Shown here one piece after another: positions 9,441 through 20,705 of a DNA stretch of 32,000 nt; the stretch's first letter is position 1, and each line of letters starts with the position of its first letter. The notes under the pieces are model-generated. The model ran no database searches. It was given only the letters and a program-made list of their open reading frames with translations, and was not told where the DNA came from. The stretch lies in the sequence record OY751497.1. One strand, written 5' to 3'. The position numbers and the translations under genes are program-made.

Positions 9441-10188
9441 ACAAGAATTCTATAAACTACTTTAAATTTAGTAGTGCGTGTACGTATAAATTTAATTTAG
9501 TTCTAATTAAATTAAAATTTGAAGAAAATGAAAACCTAATTTAATTATTTTAATCTATTTAATTAAATTAATTGTTTATTGCCATTCTCCCATATAAATA
9601 TAATTTAAAAGAAAGAAGATCAGTTTACTCCTATTTTATTAAAAATTAATATTATTTTAGAAGTAATTATTTCGTCTTCGTATAAATATTCCTTTATTTA
9701 AATATTAAATATTTTATATTAAATATTATAATAAATAGAATTTAAAAAACAAAAAATTAAAAATAAAGTAGAGTAAAATTTAACTATTACTTTAAAATTT
9801 AGCTATATAAATAAACAAATTATTAAAAACAAAAATTTATTACAATAAAAAATGAATAACAACTACGTATTACTACTACAAAAATATATTTTTAAAAAAT
9901 AAAACGTTAAGTTTATTTCCCACTATACTAACTTTAAATAGTGAAATAATAAATTATAAAAAATGTAAACAAAAACTACGTACAAAAATTGGATAAAAAC
10001 ATAGAGAATTAGAATAATTTGAAAAGGAATAAAACACTACGTATTACTACTACTACAAAATAAGAGCTTTTTACTAAGAAATAGAAAAATATAAGAGTAT
10101 ACAAGTAAAACTATGTATAAACGTAGAAATAATAAATAATAGAGAGAATTTTAGTAAACTGTAAGGTATACCTAAAAAAAAACAAAAG

Positions 10189-10226
10189 TACGTTACTACG
10201 TTACTACGTTACTACGTTACTACGAA
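10189..10226. repeat. Tandem octamer array (CGTTACTA)x4
   Basis: Direct reading: gta cgttacta cgttacta cgttacta cgttacta cgaac. Confidence 0.9.
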
Positions 10227-10353
10227 CAAAAACAAAAACAAATAAATCTCTAGAAGTAGAGCAAAGTAGTAAATTATAATATAAGTGAATTAGTTAAAAA
10301 AATACAAATAAAAACAAAAGTACGTTACTACTACAAAATAAGTTTAAAAAGAT

Positions 10354-10380
10354 ATAATTTGAAAAGGTAACAGAGATTAA
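10354..10380. repeat. Left arm of a 27-bp perfect inverted repeat (partner at 10718-10744, 337-bp spacer)
   Basis: ataatttgaaaaggtaacagagattaa is the reverse complement of 10718-10744. Confidence 0.9.
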
Positions 10381-10717
10381 TAGCAAAAAAAATATGAAAT
10401 CTAGTGATAATGATTCTACTAACATAAAATACATGGTAGAGGGAAAAAAATATAACTATTATAGAATCATTCAATGATTTTTTACTTAATGCTTCAAAGA
10501 ACCGGGTGCAATAAGACATATACTTGCTTTTCTGTTTAGAAGACATATATCGTAGTACTACTTAATACTTACTACGAACTAGTAGTAAAAGTGGTAGTAC
10601 TTAATACGTAGAATTTCTATAGAAGTAGTACTTCGTCTAGTTGTACTTATTCTTGAAGTTGTAATACTTGAACTTCGTCTAGTTGTAATTGTACGTAGAA
10701 CAACTATTTTTTTATGT

Positions 10718-10744
10718 TTAATCTCTGTTACCTTTTCAAATTAT
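10718..10744. repeat. Right arm of the 27-bp perfect inverted repeat
   Basis: ttaatctctgttaccttttcaaattat. Confidence 0.9.
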
Positions 10745-11409
10745 TTTATACCTAGACAAATATAATTTAGAATAAAAATATCCTAAATTAGCTTTCTATA
10801 TTAATTAAATATAGAGTTAAATTTAAAATATTTTTGTAGTACTTCGTAGTAGTAGTACTTTTCATCTAAATTTTATATTTCTAATGTTGGTCTTCTTAAT
10901 TTATATTGATATTTGTGTTTTATATTATTCTATATAACTTAATATAAATATAAATAATATAATACATATTTTTATATTAAGTCTTTATATTTATTTATTT
11001 AAACCTTACTTAATTAAATATAGATCTATATTTAATTAAGTAGTAGAATAAATTACTTTCTAGTTACTAAATCCAATGTTATTTATTCAAAAATTTTAAA
11101 GTATTTCGTCAAAGTAATACAACTAGATGAAGTTCAAGTACTACAACTACTATTAATAGAAGTAGTAGATAATAGTACTAGATTAAATTATCTTCTTTTT
11201 TAATTTTAGTATTCTCACTTTTATTATTCTTAATGTTAAATACAATTAATTCTAAAAAAATAATTTTAAATAAAAATAAAATTTTTGTATAGAAAGAAAA
11301 ACTACGTTATAAAAAGAATACATATTACATTAAATATATTACATTAAACATATTAAATTAAATATTAACATAATTATTTCTACGCAACGGTGAAGAGAGG
11401 GGGTTAAAT

Positions 11410-13490
11410 TTATTTATTTTCCAGCTACACTTTCCAGTACAGCTACCTTGCTATGACTTTTGAGATGTTACTCAAATGGGTTCACTGATACTATTTATTA
11501 TTAAGAAAGGTGTTTTATGTATTAAAAGACTATATCCTAATTATAAAGAATAAATTCTAATATAATAAAGTTAGCATACCAAACTACTTACATTTTAATT
11601 ATATTTTGCAGATATATTTAAATTAAGTATTCCTTTATTATTTAATATTTTTGAGGCAATTTCCCCCAAGTTAAGCTTCTTCCCAGCGACAGACAGTTAG
11701 TTCATCCCGAATGCTCTCTTCACCGTTGCGTAGTGATCAACGATTACTCGAAATTCCTTCTTCATGTCACCGAATTTCAGGCGACAATCCGTTTAATATT
11801 TAATTTTTTAACTTTCTTTAATGATTAGCTATTCCTTTTGACCTTATTATTTTTTTTTTTTAGAATAAAAAATATATAAATATAATTATATATTCAACTT
11901 AAAAATATTAATTAATTTCTAGATATAAAAAATAAATAGTAATTAAAATAGAAGTCTGGTTTTGCATCACTTTGTAAAAGTTTTTGTGGCACGTCTATAG
12001 CCCAGTCCATGAGGACCATAACGACTTGTCTTAGCCCCAAATGAAATCTTATAAATATCATTAACTGTTAAGTAAAAATTAACAGCAGGGATTTCGTCCG
12101 TTAGTGGAGTTAACCTCACTTCTCACGGCACGGACTGACGACAGCCATGCAACACCTGTAAACGAATTTCTTAAATTTTAAAAAGAAACTACTCAATCTT
12201 TATTACTTTTACATAATAACGATTGGATATACAAGGACTGGTAAGATTTTACGCGTACTATCGTATTAAATAACATGCTTCACTTCGTTTGCTTCGAGAC
12301 CGACTAATTTTTTTGGTTTCAGTTTTGCAACCGTACTCGCAAGGCGGAATGGTTATCGTGTTAACATCGTTATCAGTCAGATAAAACTAACTAACAACCA
12401 CCATTCATCGTTGACTGTGAGAGATATCTGGGTATCTAATCCTATTTTCTTTTCTCACCTTCGTTTCTCAGCGTCAATCATTTCTAGATAAAAAGCTTTC
12501 ACCTTTAGTACTCCCCCTAGTATCACCAGATTTAAACCCTACACTAAGTATTATTTGACTTATCCTCAATTTGATCCTAGCTTTAATTCATTTTATATTT
12601 ACAGTATTAAAATAAAAATATTTTTTTTTTTTTTAATAAAAATAAAACTTCGTACTTTATATAAAAATAAATTATTTATACTGAGCTATTAAAGATAAAA
12701 CTTTTAAAGCAGCCTACATACCCTTTACGCCTGATTAGGACGACTAACGTTTGCGTCTCTGGCCTTACCGAGTCTTCTGGCACCAGTTTTGGACAACACT
12801 AATAGTAAGGTAATATCATTTTTTTCCCTTACGTTATTACATTCACCACACGTAATGGATCCTGTGATTTCAGTTAGCTAGTTCACTCTTGCGAGCATTG
12901 ACTAATATTCTTGACTGCTGGTAGATAATTCTACTTGGGGCTTTTCATACCCAATGTGGCCATCTGCTCTATCAAACATGGCTTTTGATCATCGGCTTGG
13001 GAGGCATTTACCCTTCCAACTACCTTTAAACAAAATAAATCGAATCTTATAGTAGAAAATTTCCTTTTTCTTAATAAATAGCTAATTTATCTTTACTTTC
13101 CTTATTTTTAAATTATAACCCTACCATTTAATTTTCATTAAAGGAAAATTTTTATATGAAATTTATATTAAAATTAATTAATAAAGTATATAAACTTTTA
13201 TTTTTTTTAGAGTAGGCTTGCTAGGTAATAGAAGTATTCAATTACCACCTTTTTTATTTCTAATTTAAATTAAGTATCTCTAACTTTTTTTTATTTCTTT
13301 AGAGAAATAAATTTTATCTCCTAATTAAAGAGTCTATAAGGTATCTAATTTATATTACTCACCTTTACACCTTATTCTTATTATATTTTATAATTAAAGT
13401 TTTTAAATATAAAATTTTTAGGAACAATGATTTGCATGTCTTAAAACTACTGAAAAACGTTCAATCAGAACCAAAATTAAATTCTTCATG
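11410..13490 (-). rRNA. rns: Mitochondrial small-subunit rRNA. Ends are approximate to about +/-15 nt. It contains AT-rich expansion segments.
   Basis: The reverse complement carries three SSU landmarks. The 5' ttggttctgattgaacg lies at about 13455-13478. The 530-loop gtgccagaagactcggtaa is at 12765-12783. The 3' aagtcatagcaaggtagc is at 11442-11459, followed by the h45-like hairpin gtagctgtactggaaagtgtagctgg. Confidence 0.9.
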
Positions 13491-14121
13491 ATAATTTGAT
13501 AATTTTTATTTATTTTTTTAATTATCGTATAATATTTGTTTAATTACAATTTTTAATATCTTCTTTTAATTAATTTTAAATTTTTTATAATTATATTTTT
13601 AATAGATATTTATTTTAATTTTGTTTTAGTAGTACTTGTAGAACGTAGAACTACGAAATTGTAATACTTCTACTTATTTTATAGAAGTTGTAATACTTCT
13701 ACTTATTTAATAGTAGTTGTTGTACTTGTACTTGAAGATTTTGTAGTAGAAGAGGAAGAAGAACTTGTAGAAGTTGTTGTAGTACTTCGTTTAGAAGTAG
13801 TACTTCATCTTCGTAAAGATTATTATTTTTATAGAAGTATTATTATTTAATTTTGTTTTAATTTGTAATAGGGGTTATATAATAATTATTATTATATTTA
13901 AAGAACATAATTTTTTTAAATTATTTAATAATTTTATTTAAATTTAATCATTTAAATTTTATTAATTTTTACCATGAAGATTTTTTTCCAGATGTAGTAC
14001 ATATAAGTACCTGAAGAAATACTAGTTTTACTAGTTAGAAGCTGTAGAACTTTAAGAAGAAATAAATATCTCTTCTTTAATTAAATAGAAAAATATTAAA
14101 TAAATAATAGATAATTTAAAT

Positions 14122-14157
14122 TTTTTTACGTTGGACTAGGACGTAGAACTAGTTTTT
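14122..14157. repeat. 36-nt dispersed repeat, copy 1 (ttttttacgttggactaggacgtagaactagttttt)
   Basis: Identical to 18823-18858 in the same orientation. It lies just 3' of nad5 in gene orientation. Confidence 0.9.
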
Positions 14158-14193
14158 TAATTTATTATTTTTATAGAAGTACTATTTATTTTA

Positions 14194-16188
14194 TTATTTT
14201 AATTTATTTGTATAAGGTAATACAAGAAGTATAGAAGCAAAATAAATAATAATTAATCTAATTTCAGAATACATAGAAGTATCTATTAATACAGGAGCAA
14301 AAATTAAGAATAATAAAGACAGTAAACCAATACTAATATATAGTGAATAAGTAGTAATTATACCTGTATCTAATTTAGCAATATTAATTCCAGTATTTGT
14401 GAATGTATTAGCTAATCCATAAGGTCCTAATAATTCTATAGCACCTCTATCAATTTCTTTAGATATTTTATAACCAAGTTGTAATCCTTGTTTTACTAAA
14501 AATTGATTATAAATTACATCAAAGTAATATTTTCCATTTAAGAAGCTATAAATTTTTTTACCTAATGAATTTAAAATTAAATTATTAATAATATGAGGAG
14601 TACTATGATACATAAAAATAGCTAAAAAAGCTCCAGTTAAACTTAAAATAGCTGGTAATAATTTAATAAAAGGATTTAATGAGAATTCAGCTTCTATTAT
14701 AGAAATATTATTAGGATGAATAAATAAAGAGTTAGCAAAGAAATCTGAACCTACTCCAACAAATAAATCTGAGAATATATATCCAAAGAAAATACTAAAT
14801 AAAGCTAATACTAATAATGGTATAATTACAAATAAATTAGATTCATGAATGTTTAAATAAGATTCTTTTTGTCCATTAGGATTAGTTAAGAAAACAAGAC
14901 TAATTAATCTAAAACTATAAAAAGCTGTAATTCCTGCACTAATAGATCCTAATATAAATGCATACATTCCAGTAAAACTATATTGTCCGTAAGCTAATTC
15001 TAATATTAAATCTTTACTATAAAATCCAGTTAAGAATGGTGTAGCTAATAAACTTAGAGATCCTACTAACATTACTGAATAAGTAAAAGGTAAAAATTTT
15101 ATTAATCCACCCATTCTTCTAACATCTTGTTGATCTGCAAAGGAATGAATTACCGCTCCAGCTCCTAAGAATAATAAAGCTTTAAAGAAAGCATGATTTA
15201 CTGTATGCATTAATGCAACATTATATTGACTTAAACCTATAGCCATCATCATATATCCTAATTGAGATATTGTACTAAAAGCTATTATTCGTTTTAAATC
15301 ATTTTGTAATAAACCACAAGTACCAGCAAAAAAGGCTGTACTTGCTCCTATTAATGTTATTATTAATAAAGTTGTAGGTGTATATTCTAATATTGGAGAA
15401 GATCTTAATAATAAATAGATACCTGCTGTAACTAGAGTAGCGGCATGTAGTAAAGCACTAACAGGTGTAGGTGCTTCCATACTTCCAGGTAACCAAGAAT
15501 GTAGAGGTACATTAGCACTTTTGGCTAAAGCACCCCCCAATAATAATAATCCTATAATAGATATTGATGTTTCATTCATATAAGGAACTAATGTAAATAT
15601 TGTAGAATAATTTAATGAACCAAATATTGCAAATAATGCAAAAAATCCTATACTCATTAACATATCACCTGTTCTATTCATTGTAAAAGCTAACATTGCT
15701 GCTTTATTGGCTTGTATTCTAGTAAAATAATAATTAATTAATAAATATGATACTAATCCAATTGCTTCCCAACCTACAAACATTACGAAATAGTTACCAC
15801 CACTAATTAATAGTAACATCCCTCCAGTGAAGGCTGATAGATATGAAAAAAATCTTTGATTGTGAGGATCTGAAGATAAATAATCTATTGTATATATATG
15901 AATTAAACTTGAACAATATAAAACTGCTATACCTAAAGATACTGTTAATTGATCAAAATAAAATTCCCAAGAAATACTCATTATCTCTGAATCTACCCAA
16001 CTACCTAAATTTATATGTACTGGTGAACCACATATCCCTACTTCATAAAAGGCTATACTCATTAATATTGAAGATAAAATTAAACAAGTACACGTAATAT
16101 ATTGAGATCCTGTAACTCCAACTTTTCTCCCCATGAAACCTGAAACAATTGACCCTAATAAAGGTAAAATAATAATTGATAGATACAT
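14194..16188 (-). CDS. nad5: NADH dehydrogenase subunit 5
   Basis: The 664-aa ORF has a typical ND5 N-terminus (MYLSIIILPLLGSIVSGFMGRKVG) and core (PVSALLHAATLVTAGIYLL). Its ATG overlaps the nad4L stop as TAATG. Confidence 0.97.
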   Translation of the reverse strand: MYLSIIILPLLGSIVSGFMGRKVGVTGSQYITCTCLILSSILMSIAFYEVGICGSPVHINLGSWVDSEIMSISWEFYFDQLTVSLGIAVLYCSSLIHIYTIDYLSSDPHNQRFFSYLSAFTGGMLLLISGGNYFVMFVGWEAIGLVSYLLINYYFTRIQANKAAMLAFTMNRTGDMLMSIGFFALFAIFGSLNYSTIFTLVPYMNETSISIIGLLLLGGALAKSANVPLHSWLPGSMEAPTPVSALLHAATLVTAGIYLLLRSSPILEYTPTTLLIITLIGASTAFFAGTCGLLQNDLKRIIAFSTISQLGYMMMAIGLSQYNVALMHTVNHAFFKALLFLGAGAVIHSFADQQDVRRMGGLIKFLPFTYSVMLVGSLSLLATPFLTGFYSKDLILELAYGQYSFTGMYAFILGSISAGITAFYSFRLISLVFLTNPNGQKESYLNIHESNLFVIIPLLVLALFSIFFGYIFSDLFVGVGSDFFANSLFIHPNNISIIEAEFSLNPFIKLLPAILSLTGAFLAIFMYHSTPHIINNLILNSLGKKIYSFLNGKYYFDVIYNQFLVKQGLQLGYKISKEIDRGAIELLGPYGLANTFTNTGINIAKLDTGIITTYSLYISIGLLSLLFLIFAPVLIDTSMYSEIRLIIIYFASILLVLPYTNKLK

Positions 16189-16454
16189 TATGTTCTTAAT
16201 GAAATTGTACCTCTTAAACGATAGTAAGCAACTAATATACTTAAACCTATTACAGATTCTGCACCTGCTATAGATATTATATATATACTAAAAGTTTGTC
16301 CAACATTATCATCAAATCCTAGTGAACTTATTAATACTAATAGCGTAACAGCTAATAACATTATTTCTATCGCTATGATCATTAAGATAATATTTTTTCT
16401 ATTTAATATAAAACCTAATATACCTATTAAAAATAAGAATATTGATAAATTCAT
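16188..16454 (-). CDS. nad4L: NADH dehydrogenase subunit 4L
   Basis: The 88-aa ORF is hydrophobic with ND4L-like sequence (AGAESVIGLSILVAYYR). It overlaps nad5 by 1 nt. Confidence 0.95.
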   Translation of the reverse strand: MNLSIFLFLIGILGFILNRKNIILMIIAIEIMLLAVTLLVLISSLGFDDNVGQTFSIYIISIAGAESVIGLSILVAYYRLRGTISLRT

Positions 16455-17742
16455 AATTTGTTTTTAAATTTTTCTTCTTAGTACTGTTAATATTTTAAAT
16501 TATTTTATTTAATTAATTTCTATAGAAGTAGTACTTATAATTTATTTAATTTCTACGAAGTAGTAAGTAGTAGAATTTTTTATTCAAAAGTACTTACTAC
16601 TATTTCAAAAAACAAAACTACGTACAAAAAACTACGTACGAAAAATATAAATTGTACTAACGTTTTTTCTAGTTACGTTGGAGTAAGAAGTACTACTTAC
16701 TTGAAAGTATTTGTACTTCTTATTTAAATAAACATTTTTAATTTATTTATTTTTCTATATTATAATATATTTATTTTTAATAGTACTAGATATAATAAAC
16801 TAGTTCTAGTTAAACATATACATATATATATAATTATATACATATTCTACTAATATTAATATTAATACTAATATTATATCTTATACTAATAGTATATTTA
16901 ATATTAATATTACAAGTTATATTTCTTTACTAGCTTCTATAGAAATAGAAGTAATACTTCGTCTTCGTAATGAATCATAAGTAGTATATTAATTTTTCTT
17001 TTCTTTTAAATCTACTCATTTATTATAATATTTATAAAATAAAAAATAAATATTTAATTTATAAAAAACTACGTATACTTATATACTTTAATTTTATTTG
17101 TAATATGGTGGTATAATTCATTATATTTAAATTATTTTATTTAATTTAAATATTAATGTTGAGTAATTGTAGAATAGCATTTAAATTAAATCACTTTAAT
17201 AATGTAAATTTCTATAAAATTAATCTCCTATAAAATTAATTCCATTAAATCAATTTAATCCAAAACCTTTTAAACCATTCAATCTATTCTTTTTATTCCA
17301 TCACTATAAATGTAATAAATGTATAAATGTAATAAATGTAATTACCCGAATAATCAGATAAGAGTAAATTATAAATAATTTAGTAATGAATAGGATTGAA
17401 TAAAATGGAGATTATAGTTAGAGATTATTATATTATTATATTATTTATATTATATAAATATATTTAAAATTAATTAAATTTATTTATATATGATTAAATA
17501 TTTATTTTTTATTTTATAAATTTAGTAGACGTATACGTATTTGTACGTAGTAATTGTAGTTTTAGTATACGAAGTACTACTTCTATTTCTATAGAAATAG
17601 AGGTAGTACTTCTTCATATAGAAAGACGAATAGAAGTAGTTCGTACTTTTTATTATATTTATATTAGAAGGGGGTAATTGTTTTTAAAATTTTTAAATAT
17701 ATTTAAATTATTTAATAAAAAATTAAATAAAATATATTTTTA

Positions 17743-18759
17743 TTAGTAAGGAGCTATATCAAATGCTACTAATATACTAGGAACCAGTATAATAAAGGCT
17801 ACTGCAACAGGTAATAAATTTAACCAACAAAATTCAATTAATTGATCATATCTTAATCTAGGTAAAGTAGCTCTAAACCATACAAAGAAAAAACAGAAAA
17901 TACATGTTTTAATTCCTAAAATAATAGCTTGTAAGTTTATAAATGAATCATTCACAAATAATTCTAAAAAATTATATCCACCTAAGAAAAAGATAGATGT
18001 TAAACAACTAAATAAAACTATTGATGAATATTCACCAAGGAAGAAGAATACAAAAGGTACAGAAGAATGTTCAGTAAAAAAACCAGCAACTAATTCAGAT
18101 TCAGCTTCTTGTAAATCAAAAGGTGTTCTTGAAGTTTCAGCTAATATAGATATAAAATAAAATATAAATACAGGTAATAAAGGAATAATAAACCACACAG
18201 CTTGTTGACTTTCAATTATACTTGTGAAATTTAATGAACCTGTTAATAATATTATTATTAATATTGCTGAACTTAATATTAACTCATATGAAATCATTGC
18301 TGCTGTTGATCTTAATGAACCTAAAAATGCATATTTAGAATTAGCAGACCAACCTGCTAATAATACTCCATATACACCTAAAGAAGATAAAGCAAAACTA
18401 TATAAAACACCTAATGAAAAATCAGATAGAACTAATCCTTCCCCAAATGGTATTATTCCCCAACCTAATAAACTAAATACTAAAGTAGAAACTGGAGCTA
18501 AATAAAATAATACTTTGTTAGATTGAGAAGGTATAACTGTTTCTTTAAGAATTAATTTTAAAGCATCTGCAAAAGGTTGAAGTACTCCATAATAACCTAC
18601 TGTATTAGGACCTACTCTTCTTTGATGAGCTGCCAATTGTTTTCTTTCTATGATAGTCATAAAAGCTACCGCTAGTAAAATTGGTAAAATGACAGATAAT
18701 ACATCTATTAAATTTAGAAGTAAATTTATTATTGTATTCATTAAATTGTAACTATTCAT
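17743..18759 (-). CDS. nad1: NADH dehydrogenase subunit 1
   Basis: The 338-aa ORF carries ND1 signatures (ERKQLAAHQRRVGPN, GVLQPFADALKL, TSRTPFDLQEAESELVAGF). Confidence 0.97.
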   Translation of the reverse strand: MNSYNLMNTIINLLLNLIDVLSVILPILLAVAFMTIIERKQLAAHQRRVGPNTVGYYGVLQPFADALKLILKETVIPSQSNKVLFYLAPVSTLVFSLLGWGIIPFGEGLVLSDFSLGVLYSFALSSLGVYGVLLAGWSANSKYAFLGSLRSTAAMISYELILSSAILIIILLTGSLNFTSIIESQQAVWFIIPLLPVFIFYFISILAETSRTPFDLQEAESELVAGFFTEHSSVPFVFFFLGEYSSIVLFSCLTSIFFLGGYNFLELFVNDSFINLQAIILGIKTCIFCFFFVWFRATLPRLRYDQLIEFCWLNLLPVAVAFIILVPSILVAFDIAPY

Positions 18760-18822
18760 TTTTAATTGTTATTTTTGTTTTTTGTTTTTTAGAAGTAATT
18801 TTTCTCATTAATTTAATTTTTG

Positions 18823-18858
18823 TTTTTTACGTTGGACTAGGACGTAGAACTAGTTTTT
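18823..18858. repeat. 36-nt dispersed repeat, copy 2
   Basis: Identical to 14122-14157. It lies 64 nt 5' of the nad1 start in gene orientation. Confidence 0.9.
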
Positions 18859-20518
18859 CTACAGATGAAAGCTTCGTACTTCTATTCAAACTTTGTAATA
18901 ATAGTGACGTTGGTACTATAAACTACTTTCTAGAAACTAATAAGTAGTAGTACTATGAAATACTTCGTCTACAAGAAAGTGGTATTTATACTTTCTTGTA
19001 AACAAAGAAACTTCTACAACTTTATCTAAATAAATAGAAACTTCGTCTAGATATTACTACGTAGTAGAAGTATACGTAGTTTTTTAATGAAAATTTACTG
19101 TTAATTTAAAGATTTTACTTTTAATTTAAACAGCCAAGATATTAAATCAAGTTATTATTTTTATCCCACTTTATTAATCCTAAACCTAAACCTAAAAATA
19201 TATTATTTCTTTAAAATATATAGAAAAACTAAATCTATAAATATTAGTAATAGAACTAGTATATGATTTTCATTTATATTTAATTATTAAATATAAAAGA
19301 AAAAATTTTAAATTAATTATAATTATATAGAAATCTAAGATAAATATCATAAAGATAAAAATTAAAAAAAAAAAATTATAATTGTTTATTAAAGATTTAA
19401 AATAAATATTAAATAAAAAAACTATACTAATAAATATTATTATTTATTTTTATTTTATTAATTACTAAATTTTATTCTTTGATACAAATGAAAAGAAATA
19501 AGTACTTATTAATCATAAGTACTACTTTATTTCTTGAAATATTTTTATTCTTATTTCTTCAAATAAATACTAGTATTTAAATTATTTTATAAACAATTAC
19601 TTTATAAATTAAATTTATTAATCCTACCACCCATAACTACTAACCTAAAATAAGTTAATATTTTTACGTAGTAGTACTTCGTAGTACGTAGTTTTTTGTT
19701 TTTTATTTTTATAATTTTCAAATAAAAACATTATTTCTAAGTAGTAACTAGTTTTGTACATACTTTTGTTTTTTATAGTTTCTACTAAATAAAAAGTACT
19801 AAATACTAAATACTTTTTTTTTTTTCAAAAAGTTAAATTTTAATTTTAGACGTAGTACTACTACTTTTTAGTTTATTTTTTTAGAGTAAGTTTAAAAATA
19901 AAGTAGAAGTTTCTTTTCTTTTTGTATTAAATCTATTTATCTTATTTTTAAATTAGATAAATAATTAAGAATATAAAGAATATTAAATTAAATTAACTAT
20001 TTATTTAAAATATATTTAGAAGACGTAGACGTAGACAAAGAATTTCTACTTGAATAGTTAAACCATTATTATAACTTATGTAATATTTTATTATAAATTA
20101 AATTATATATTATTTATATTATATCTTATTTGTTATTAATACTAGTATTATGTACTAGTTCTACGTTCTATTTCTAGTACTACTTATGATTCAGTTGTAG
20201 AAATATAATTTTATATTTATTTATAATTGTATTAGACTTAATAAATAAAATATAATGTATTAATAACAAATAAAATATTTTATATTATTAGAAAATAATG
20301 TAAAGGTAGTGTATAGTTTTTATTTATATTTTTAATTTAAAGTACTATGAAATACTATCAAGAAAGTAGTATAGAAATATATATAAATTTATTAATATTA
20401 TATTTTATTTGTTATACCTAAATTATGTATTCTTAAAAAAAAATAAATAAGCTTGCATAAATAATTGCATATCTAAAATAAGATTTGAGAATTACAAATA
20501 ATATTATTTGTAAGTACT

Positions 20519-20705
20519 TTATTTTTACACTATAACTATAATATTTTATTTTATTTTTATACTTAATGTATAATATTTATATAAGCCCAAGAAGATTTGA
20601 ACTTCTACAGATTCCTCATCAAGAAATTATTCTACCATTAAATTATAGGCTTTAAATTATTTTATTTAAACTTAACTACTTTTATTTAATTATATAAAAT
20701 ATTAA
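20519..20705. repeat. Inverted repeat copy A (187 bp, perfect reverse complement of 30038-30224)
   Basis: I compared the two copies base by base across all 187 nt and found no mismatch. Confidence 0.95.
20582..20652 (-). tRNA. trnI: tRNA-Ile (anticodon GAU), copy within IR-A
   Basis: Reverse complement is identical to 30091-30161. Acceptor aagccta/tgggctt. Anticodon stem atttc/ggaat with loop tt-GAT-ga. T arm agaag-ttcaaat-cttct. The D stem is weak and AT-rich. Confidence 0.8.

Noticed and set aside
10331-10546. 71-aa minus-strand ORF inside the 27-bp inverted-repeat unit
   Set aside because: It is short, starts in repeat sequence and resembles no known mitochondrial protein. I kept it only as context for the inverted-repeat finding.
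11410-13490. The rns length of about 2.1 kb suggested a possible intron
   Set aside because: The extra length is spread over several AT-rich expansion segments (for example about 11800-11950, 12590-12700 and 13040-13400). I saw no intron-like core and no ORF.
15843-16097. 84-aa plus-strand ORF
   Set aside because: It lies entirely antisense within nad5 and has a low-complexity Asn/Leu/Lys composition. It is a by-product of the AT-rich coding strand.
17222-17412. Imperfect inverted repeat (aatctcc...attcaatctattc versus gaataggattgaataaaatggagatt) between nad4L and nad1
   Set aside because: It has many mismatches and gaps and cannot be told apart from the general background of degenerate palindromic repeats.
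18224-18505. 93-aa plus-strand ORF
   Set aside because: It lies antisense within nad1 and has no recognisable features.
18732-18947. 71-aa plus-strand ORF upstream of nad1
   Set aside because: It overlaps the nad1 start in antisense and runs through the 36-nt dispersed repeat and spacer repeats. It shows no coding signal.
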